38,156 nucleotides of DNA from a virus. Its lineage: Duplodnaviria > Caudoviricetes. Location: positions 1 to 38,156 of IMG/VR virus record IMGVR_UViG_3300025723_000092, one strand, 5' to 3'. Below are positions 8,315 to 17,800 of the stretch, one piece after another; positions within the stretch are counted from its first letter, which is position 1; each line of letters opens with the position of its first letter. A program made the position numbers and the translations under genes. The notes under the pieces were generated by a model. That model did not search any database. It saw only the letters and a list, made by a program, of their open reading frames with translations, and was not told the DNA's origin.

Positions 8315-8593
8315 ATGGCTTATTCTGAAAAAATCATCAGTATCGTAGCCAATGCTCCCCGAACGCCGGGGAGCGTCCTTGGACGTTGGGCGGTACACCT
8401 TAATTTCCCTGTGACTAAGATTGCATATGCGCTTGGAGTTACTAGACAAACTGTGTACAACTGGTTTGAAGGTAAAGACATTTTCGTAGCATACCAAGAC
8501 AGGGTAGAACTTTTAACAAACATAATGTCAACGTCTAAGACGGCTGACGAAGCATGGAGAAAAATATGCAAGGCATACAACCTAGAACCTTAA
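8315..8593 (+). CDS. Cro/XRE-like helix-turn-helix regulator
   Basis: VTKIAYALGVTRQTVYNWFEG. Confidence 0.8.
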   Translation: MAYSEKIISIVANAPRTPGSVLGRWAVHLNFPVTKIAYALGVTRQTVYNWFEGKDIFVAYQDRVELLTNIMSTSKTADEAWRKICKAYNLEP

Positions 8594-8760
8594 GTAACAA
8601 AGAGTTAGTCAAATACGCAGAAATGTTTTTGGATAAGCCCGAAGGTTTGCCAATTAATTGGCAAAAAGAATTATTGCGCAGGTATGACGATGTAGCTTTT
8701 ATAGGTCAACAAGGCTATACAGACTACAAGTACGACACCAGACAGCAAGCATTATTCTAA
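8566..8760 (+). CDS. Small protein ending in QQALF (beta-clamp-binding-like motif)
   Basis: ORF track start is 8554, but GGAG at 8556-8559 favours ATG 8566. Confidence 0.7.
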   Translation: MQGIQPRTLSNKELVKYAEMFLDKPEGLPINWQKELLRRYDDVAFIGQQGYTDYKYDTRQQALF

Positions 8761-8778
8761 ACAACCCGAGGTATAGCT

Positions 8779-11736
8779 ATGGAACCGCTTGATTTTATGG
8801 CGGCGGTTTTGCCACCTCCGGGTAACGGAAGGTATTGCGTGGCAGAGCTGACTAAAAAGAAAGAACACTTTTATGTTGAGGACTTACAAGATGCACAAAC
8901 GAAGATAGAAGCGTGGAATAAAAACAGCTACGACATTTACTTTGCGCTAGGTACATTTGGCACAGAAAACAAACGGGTACAAACCAATGTTCAAAATGTT
9001 AAATGTATTGCAATAGATGTTGACTGTAATCATCCTAAAGATTTGCCCGATGCAGATGGAAATATTAAACCAAAAGCGTATGCTTCTGCACAAGAAGCGG
9101 TCAGCGCCATCATGGCGTTTGCTGATGACGTAGGTCTTTCTGATTTGGGCAGTCCTTGGTTGGTTGCGTCAGGCGGTGGGGTACACGCATACTGGCCGTT
9201 TACAGAGACACAATCGGTTGCAGACTGGAAGCCAGTTGCTGAAGGGTTCAAACGTCTATGCTTTCAAAAGAGATTAGATATTGATCAGACAGTAACGGCT
9301 GATGCGTCTAGGGTACTACGCGTACCGGGCACGGTTAATACAGGCGTAAAGAGTAAAGGCAAACAAGTCAGAGAACAAACCAATGTTCGGTTTAAGAACG
9401 AAGGCGACTTCTTTGAGTTTGAGGATATTAAAGCGCTTGTTGAAAGGAATTTGGTTGGTACTGCTTATGAGGTAATGAAACCAAAACCCGCATCTCTTGT
9501 ACTGCCAGGCACAGCGATTAGTGGTGAAACAAGTGTTAAACTTTTTGAGAATTCACAGACTAGGTTTGGGAAGATTATTAAGATAACAGCACAGGGGGAT
9601 GGCTGTGGACAAATCGCACACTACATTGAGAACGCAGAAGACGACGGCATGGAACCTCTTTGGAGAGGTCTGCTTAGTATTGCACAAAAATGCGTAGATC
9701 ATGAGAAAGCAACAGTCTGGCTTAGTGAAAAGCACCCATACGACTTAGAGCGTATGCACAAGAAACTAAGCGAGATTAAAGGTCCATACCCATGTACAAA
9801 ACTTGATAGTGAAAACCCCGGTGTCTGTCCCAGTTGTAAACATTGGGGCAACATCACAAATCCATTAGCGCTTGGACGCGAGTACGCAGTATCTCACGAA
9901 GAAAAGATCGTTGAGATAAAAGAAATTACAGATGGCAAAGAAGAAATCAAAACTGTAAAGCGCCCCGAACCACCAAAGGGTTATGCCTACGGAGAGCGAG
10001 GCGGTGTATTTATGGAGAAAGAAGACGAGGATGCCAACGGAAACAAAATAAAAAGACAAGTGATGCTTTTGCCGTATGATTTATTTCCAGTAGACATACT
10101 TAATAGTGCAGGGGATCACACAGTCCATATGATTGCGACAAGACCACAGGGAGTGCAAACAGTTACATTTGCTCAAGAGGCGATTGTGGCTAAAGACGCT
10201 ACAGTAAAAGCGCTTGCTTCTCAAAACATTGTTGCTGCATTTGGTTCAGGTAACGATAAAAATTTAGCAGACTACATAAGGGCGTGTGTAGAAAAAATGA
10301 GTACAGAAAAAACACCAGTAAACGTACCCGCTAGTTATGGATGGCAAAAGGATGATACTTTTGTATTTGCAGGAAAGATTTATGCAAATAAGGCGCACCC
10401 CATCCCCGTACCTATGCCGGGCTTAGAAAACATTGTGGCTAACACAAGACCAACAGGAACGCTAGAAGGTTGGCGTAACTTTATCAATTTACTTATAAGG
10501 AAAAAAATGTATGGACACCTTTCTATTATTTTGGCTGGCGCTAGTGCCCCTCTTATGCGTTTTACTGGGATGTATGGTATTACGTATCATTGTGGAAGTA
10601 CGGAGTCTGGAACAGGAAAATCCCTTGCTCTCGAAGGGGCTGCATCAATTTGGGGACACCCTGTTCACTACAGAACAGGTAAGGGAACAAGTCCAGTTGC
10701 AATGCAACAAAGGCTTGGACTCCTCAACACAACCCCGCTTATCACAGACGAGATAACTTCTAAGAACCGCAAAGACTTTGAATGGTTTCCTGAGTTCTTA
10801 CTTGATATGACAGAGGGTCGTGGTAAGGAGCGTATGGAGTCTGGTTCTAATAAGGAGCGTATCAATCTCTCTACTTGGATGACTGTCGCCATCATGTCTT
10901 CTAATACCCACGTTGTTGACATCTTGACAGGCGAGAGAAAACATGCGGCTGAAGGTGAACTGCGTAGGTTGATTGAGTTTGTAATGGACGAAGAGTTGTC
11001 ATGGGAGGCAGAAGAAATTGAAATCATTAAAACGCTCTCTAATAATTATGCGGTTGCCGGAGAACTTCTTGTTCAATACATGGTTGACAACATCGAGCTT
11101 CTAAAAACATTGGTGCCTCAGTGTGTCCGAAAAATGTATACAGAATTTGGAGCTTCCAATGATGAGCGCTTTTGGATGGCAGGTATTGGTGCTCAAGTTG
11201 CGGCAGCAATCATATTTAACAAACAGCATGCAGACATCGTGGATTTACCCATTGATGAGATCATCAAAGACATGCACCAAAGACTCTACTATATGAGAAC
11301 GAATGTACATGGCGGTAAGCGTTCTGCTGAAGACGTGCTTAACGCTTTCATACGCGAGTACTGGGGTCACTTTGTTATAGTCAACTACGGAGAAAAAGGT
11401 GGACTATCTGCGGCTATGGGGGACGGCTCGGTGATCGACAAAGCCACGACTAAATCAAACGTCATGGGCAGAGTTGAGAACGGGGTGACTGCCGGGTGCA
11501 AAGACTTCTTCATAGAGGAGCGCCTACTTAAATCTTTTTGTTCTTCTATGAGCTTTGGATACGCTGACTTTAAACGTCAGATGGAGCAAAAGAACGCCGT
11601 ATCTTATGTGACTAGAAAAGATATGATGGCTAGAACAAACGGACCACAGATGCGTATCGCTGCAATGAAGATAAGCAGACGTGAAGAAGAAGCAGATGAA
11701 ATCATTGCGCTTGCAATACCCTTGGCAAAAGCTTGA
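8779..11736 (+). CDS. Primase-helicase fusion (RepB/AEP-like primase, Cys cluster, DUF927/Cch-like helicase)
   Basis: IAIDVD, SGGGVHAYW, DASRVLRVPGT primase motifs; PYPC...CPSCKH; YGWQ; Walker A GSTESGTGKS, Walker B LITDE, MSSN, ELRRLIE. Confidence 0.88.
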   Translation: MEPLDFMAAVLPPPGNGRYCVAELTKKKEHFYVEDLQDAQTKIEAWNKNSYDIYFALGTFGTENKRVQTNVQNVKCIAIDVDCNHPKDLPDADGNIKPKAYASAQEAVSAIMAFADDVGLSDLGSPWLVASGGGVHAYWPFTETQSVADWKPVAEGFKRLCFQKRLDIDQTVTADASRVLRVPGTVNTGVKSKGKQVREQTNVRFKNEGDFFEFEDIKALVERNLVGTAYEVMKPKPASLVLPGTAISGETSVKLFENSQTRFGKIIKITAQGDGCGQIAHYIENAEDDGMEPLWRGLLSIAQKCVDHEKATVWLSEKHPYDLERMHKKLSEIKGPYPCTKLDSENPGVCPSCKHWGNITNPLALGREYAVSHEEKIVEIKEITDGKEEIKTVKRPEPPKGYAYGERGGVFMEKEDEDANGNKIKRQVMLLPYDLFPVDILNSAGDHTVHMIATRPQGVQTVTFAQEAIVAKDATVKALASQNIVAAFGSGNDKNLADYIRACVEKMSTEKTPVNVPASYGWQKDDTFVFAGKIYANKAHPIPVPMPGLENIVANTRPTGTLEGWRNFINLLIRKKMYGHLSIILAGASAPLMRFTGMYGITYHCGSTESGTGKSLALEGAASIWGHPVHYRTGKGTSPVAMQQRLGLLNTTPLITDEITSKNRKDFEWFPEFLLDMTEGRGKERMESGSNKERINLSTWMTVAIMSSNTHVVDILTGERKHAAEGELRRLIEFVMDEELSWEAEEIEIIKTLSNNYAVAGELLVQYMVDNIELLKTLVPQCVRKMYTEFGASNDERFWMAGIGAQVAAAIIFNKQHADIVDLPIDEIIKDMHQRLYYMRTNVHGGKRSAEDVLNAFIREYWGHFVIVNYGEKGGLSAAMGDGSVIDKATTKSNVMGRVENGVTAGCKDFFIEERLLKSFCSSMSFGYADFKRQMEQKNAVSYVTRKDMMARTNGPQMRIAAMKISRREEEADEIIALAIPLAKA

Positions 11737-11893
11737 GAGAGGGCAGGGGTTTTTTATCCCCTGCCTCGACCCCGATCCAATAAAGGAGGAGGGTCTACAT
11801 CAAGCCATACGTTTACGAATACTTAACGCCAAAGTTAAAGTCGGTATTAAAGACGGACGCTATGGGGTTATGATGTACCTACCACGCCCCTAA
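11681..11893 (+). CDS. Small hypothetical protein (YPW..L..GQGFFIP motif); possible start 11696
   Basis: Last + strand ORF; overlaps the primase stop and overlaps the convergent giant gene by 26 bp. Confidence 0.6.
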   Translation: MKKKQMKSLRLQYPWQKLERGQGFFIPCLDPDPIKEEGLHQAIRLRILNAKVKVGIKDGRYGVMMYLPRP

Positions 11894-14800
11894 TAGCTTT
11901 TGCATAATTAATACGTACTTGTTGTAGCTTATCCAGTTGTTCACGCTTTTCATCTGGAGGCATGCTCGACGCTTTAATTGCGTTCATAGCTTTAGCTATG
12001 TTATTTAGTTGTGCTTGAGCGTTGCCAGCAATAGAACTTTGGGCTATCTCATTTGTACGCTTTTGTAATAGCGCCATTGCTTCTTGTCTTTGACCTTTAT
12101 TTATCAGGTCATCAAATGATTTTTTAGTTTGTTGTATTTCTATTAAACGATCATAGAGAGCCGCAACTTGTCCACCTGCATCTAATGGTTGGAACATTGC
12201 CCCAATTACAGGCATTTCTGTTAAACGCTTAGCGGTCTTTTCAGGACCCTGATCTGGCATAGACATGCTTACAGCTTGCGCTAGTGCGGTTCCAAGCGTT
12301 CCAGTATACCCCCTAATCAAATTGTCAATCTTAATTGGTGAGTAGCCCAGCGCAGAACCAAGCCTTTTAGCTATCTCCGATGTTGTATCGTTGTATCTAT
12401 ATTGCGGCAATTCTACTTGTTGTGCTTTAGACTCTAAATTTCTTCCGGTATTAAACGAATAGTTCGTTACGTTTTCTACAAAAGGTTTAAACAAAGCGGG
12501 CATAAACATAGAAGACCCACCAGGAATAGTTTGAAGCGCTATGTTCTCAAAAGCTTGTCTAGCTTCTTTAGCTCCATCTTTGTTCATCATTGTGTTGACA
12601 AGCGCCTCTGGTATACCTTTAAATATATACCCAATTTCAAATGGTACAGGCACACGAAGCGGTTCTTTTATACCAGGAATATGCACAAAGAAGTTGCCGT
12701 ATTTTTCATCGGGCGTTGCGTTCTTATAGGCTTCATCATCTTGCATAAGCATTGCATAAGCCACAGCAGTTCCCGCCATCAATAACCCACGCTCATATAA
12801 TTTTTGCTGTATCTTTAAACGCTCGTTAAAAGGCAACTTACCAGTCATCGCCCTATACAAAACATCCAAGCTCTGTAACTGGGCATTAAAGAAAGGAACA
12901 ATTTGAGACGCTACACGAACGCTTGTTGACAAACCTTTTCTATTAAAGTTCATAGACTCAAGAGACATCAGCGTAGCTTCCATCTCAGACAAACCTTGAT
13001 TAATGTAGCTGTTGTATTGAGCGCGTCTTGTTGAAGCGTCTGCTTCCATGTTCAGCGCTTCTGCTCTTGCAATAAGTTGTGACAGACCAATCTTGCCAGA
13101 TTGAAAATCTTGTAGAATTTTCTTTAAATCTTCGTTAGTGCCCGTAAAGATTTGACCGCCTGTAATACCGCGAGATTCTAATTTTTCTTTTGTTGCAGAT
13201 TTACCCAGTTCTTTAATTGCCCCAAGTATAGGAACAAAGTCTGCACCGGAAAGTATTGGAGCCGCAACTGAATCACGGAATAACTGACGCAAAGGAAACA
13301 CAGGGTTAAGTGTTACGGCTTTTCTAACTAAAGAAGAAGCGCTCCCCATAATTTTAATAAGCGCTGAAGTATTAACTGGGATGCCTTCCATACCTTTAAC
13401 AAGTAGATCAGCAGGAATACCTGCAACATCGGTCTCTACACGCACATATTTATCCACACCATCTTGTTTAAACTTAACAATGTCTGCACCTGCGGTTGCG
13501 CCTTTTAAAAACGTCGCCATTTTAATGCCAACCAATTCGTGCATAGCATTTCTAGTAGCTCTATTTCTTAGTGCAGCATCCATAATCATGGATGTGTTTT
13601 GTACAGAGCTTGTCAAAAAGTCTAGTATCTTTTCTTCACCGCCAATCAACTGTCTAAGTTGTGGTTGATCTTTTAAATTACCAATGGTTATTGGGTTTTC
13701 ATTACCAATAATAAGTTCTGCATTACCATTGCGCTCTCTGTAGTAAGGTATATAGTCATCTGCTTTGACAAGACGTGCAGCTTCTTCCTTAGAAATAACA
13801 CCAGCCTTTTGTAAAAAAGTCATTAAATTACGGTTGTATTTATTGTATTCGTCTCGCGCTTTATTAAATACACTCAACACATCCTTATTGCTTTCAATGT
13901 TTGCAACGGCATTTTTAATATCAGTAGCAGAAACGCCAAAATTAAGTGTGTCGTACCCAACGCGTTCTGCACGCCTACCCGCTAAGTAAAGTGTAAAGAG
14001 CTTGTTAGCCGCTTCAGCGTTCATGCCGGGTGCAGTTTTTAAAATATTAACTACGTTGTGTAAATTAGCACCCGCTTTGCTTTCAATAATAGTTTCTTTT
14101 TGCCCATCTTTACGTGTGTACTCAACAAAATCAGGAACTCCTTTACCCACAGCTTGTTGTACAAACGACATTTTTTGATCAGCCATGCGTAAGTAGTACA
14201 TCATTTGTGTACCCTTAAGCCCATCCATTTGGTCTTTAGCAATTTTTTCTAGCGGTGCAAGGCGGTCTAGGAACTGTGTCCTACCTGCCAAACCAAGATT
14301 GGCTTCTACTTTTTGACGTACAGTTTTTGAATTTGCAATAAGACTATCAGCAACCTTTAACGCTTCATCAAAACCTTCGGCTTTAGCTGTTCTAAAAACT
14401 GCTTTAGAAACTTCTGCTTCGTTTGTTTTAGTTCCGCCCTCAATAACATAACGCCTTGCATTAGCAACAATTTGACGTACTTCTGCATCTGAAATATTTT
14501 TGTATCCAAAAGTTTTTGCAAACCAGTTTTTAATAGCATCAAATATTTCTTTAAGCGCTGATTTTTGTTCAGGCGTATCATCAACGCCTTTTTCCGCCAT
14601 TTCTGCAAGCACTTCTTCAACGGCAATACCGTGTCCAATTTTTGGATCTTCTGCTAATTTAATATCAGCTTGTTCTTTTACGTATGCGTTGTTCTCATAT
14701 AAAGCTTGCATGGTCTTGGCGTAATCTTTACCAAGCATTTCTCTCAGTCCATAGTGTCCTGTAACTTCATGCGCAATTGTTAAGGCAATCTCTTGCGGAC

Positions 14801-17800
14801 TAGATAAATTTTTTGCTATTAAATAAACACGCCTAGTTGCTGGATCGTACAAACCCGGAACTTTTCCAGCTCTACCTGCATTTTCAATCTGGTGTTTAAG
14901 AGCAATAGGTAGTTGTTCTTCAGAATCAACGGTCATAATATCAGGAACATTAGTCCAACGCTCTACAATTTTGTCAGCCCATTTAGCTACATCAGAAACA
15001 GACAAACTTGTACCTGAATTAGACACTGTACGGAACAACGCCTTTTGATTCATTACTTGATCAAGCGTTTGGGTATCTTCATTTTCTTGACTAAAGTACA
15101 CATCTCCAACAGCGTTTTGTGTTTTAGTCTGCTTTTTAATTTCTTTACTGGCTTGTTTAAGCGCTTTACTTGCAGTTTTACCAAAAGATTTTTGCTTAGT
15201 TCTTCTACCCAGTTGTTCTTTAATAAAAGTTTTTTGTTCTTCTTGAAGTTCTTTTAGTTGTTTTGCAAATTCTTTTTCTTGTGCGTTAAGCTCTGCTTTT
15301 ACTTCTTTTTGTTTTTTACTAAGAACTTTTTCACCTTTAGCGTTTGTTGCTGCAGGATGTTCATCAAGATATGTAATGCGCTTACGCAGTTCATTTAGTT
15401 TTGGTTGTAGTTCCGCCATTTTTTCCAAAGGCGGTTTGGGTCCTTCAGCCTGAGCTTTGGCTTCTTTTTCTTCTTGTGCTACAGTTTTTTGTAAAACTTT
15501 CTGACTTATTTGTCCTTGTCTATTCTTAGTAACAGACTCAAGCCTACGGCTTGGTAAGGTAGCACCAACCAATTCATCAGCCAAAGCAAGCATTTTTTCT
15601 TGAGTTTTGGTTTGGGCTTTGTCCAAATCCCTAATGTTATTTTCTTCGCCGGCTTGCACCCGTCGCATAGGCGCGTTGTTTATTATTTCGTAGAAAGCAT
15701 CATCTACTTTCTTTACTGTCTTATATGCGTTAGCAATAGCCGCTTCATTGCCTGTGGCAATAGCAATTTCAAGTTCGTTTTGGGCTTTACCCATATCACG
15801 GCGGTTAGTCATAACAGCCGTTTGTACTTTTGGATCCATCGTATCACGATAGACTTTTTCAGTTGTAGGCGTTTGAGTTATTTCTTTTTCTTTTTCTTTT
15901 TCTGCCTTAGACACACCGCTTCTCAAGCGTTCAATTTGCCGATTAACCTGCGCTTCTTCATCTTTGGCTTTAGCAAGTGCGGCTTCGGCTTCTTTAATTT
16001 TTACACGCGCTTTTCTACCTTTTTCAAGAACAATCTTATTTATAGAATCGTTCTTGCTATCTTGTATAACACGGTCTTTAATCCGTCTAGCGGCGTTGTA
16101 CGCACGTTCACTTGCATCTGCAGACTTTTGCGCTTTATTCAGTTCTTTTATGTAAAACTCTAAGTCAGCACCAAACTTTCTAACACCGGGACGCTCTAAA
16201 AATTTTTGAGCAATATAATCATAAATCCCTTGAATTTCTTTTAAGTGTATTTGATTATGTGTATTTGCTTCTTCAGCGCCTTGCACAATTTTATTAAGAC
16301 GAATAACTACGGCGTCTATTTCTTTTTGAATTTCTGCTGCATTTTCAACAGCCTTGGCATTACGTGCTTTGACGTTTTTAAGTTCTGTTTCTTTTTCTTC
16401 TCTAGTAACAGTTTTATTTAGCCCAACAATTTCTTCAGGCTTAGCAGTTAAATATGCAGCAGATGTAAGCAACAAATTATCAACACGCCCATCAATATTT
16501 TCAGCTTCTTTTTGTGCTTGTTTGGCTTTATCAGCTTCTTTTTCTGCCTGTTTGTTAGCCGCCACAATAGAGGCACGCATTTTGTTTACTTCATTACTGT
16601 CAAGGTATTTTAAAAATCTATTGCTTGTGGTACGTGTTACACCTTTTTCAGACTCACCAGGAAACAGTTCAGCTTGAGCGCCTTCGTCAGCACGTGCTTG
16701 TTTTAAATCCGCTAATTCATCTTTAAGCGTGGATGTAAACGACATTGTTCTGCCGTTGATGACGTTGCGAATTTCTTTAAGCGCTTCTTCTTTACTGTTA
16801 TCACTTAAATTTTTAAAAGATTTTTGTAGTTCTTCAAGGTCTGTGCGTTCTGTATCAGACTTGGCACGTTTAAGTGCTTCTGCAAACTGTGTATTAACAG
16901 TCGTTTCTTGTCCTGCAAATTGCGTTTTAAGTGCAAAAGGACCCTTAGTAATTGGTTTACGTTTAGATACATTTCCTTCTGTTGTGCCTGTATTGGCATC
17001 AACAACTGAACGCATTTGCGCTCTAATAGAGTTAGCAGCTGCTTTGTAATTATTAAATACGCGTTTACCAACAGGAGGTCTTTCTTGTCTTTGCGTAGAT
17101 TCTCTAATTAATTTGTTAGCCCTGTATTGTGCAGGTTCTCCAACAAGGCGTGTGGGTTCAAACAAGCCCACACTTCTTTCAATCAGTTCGTTTAATACAC
17201 CGCTCAGCTCCCGAACAAGTTTCATTTGTTCGGCAGTCGTCATAGCCGGAGTACGCATTTGCGTACGTTTAGCATCTGCTTCTTGTAGAGCTAAGCCAAT
17301 AACAGTTTCTTTTAAACGCTCTGCGGCGTTGCGCATTGTTTGTGCGCGTTCAGGAGAAACATTTTGATTACCTTCACGAATCCTATTTAAAAACTCTGCA
17401 AGACGATCATAAGCCGCTAACTGCTTTTGAGCTAAACGTGTAACTTTATTTGCGTTGTAGCCTTCTTGAGTTTGTTGTCCAGTAACCCCAGCTTCTTTAG
17501 AAAGCTGTCCAAGATTAAAATTACCATACGTACTGGTGTCTTCTTCAGGTTCGTTTAAGTCTTGTAGTTTCTTTTTAAGTTCGTTAACACGTTCCCCATT
17601 ACTTGTGACGTTAGCGTAAGCCAGTTGTGCACGAAGTGCTGAAGGTTGATCAATTTTTTCTGGGTTAGTCCCAGTAATGACACGCCCTGCATGTCTACCT
17701 TCTTGATGCGCGGAATCTACAAGTTGATCTACTAAACTAGATACTTGGGGCTGATACTCTACTTTACCAACAGGCGCTTCTTTAATACGTTGAAGCGCTT

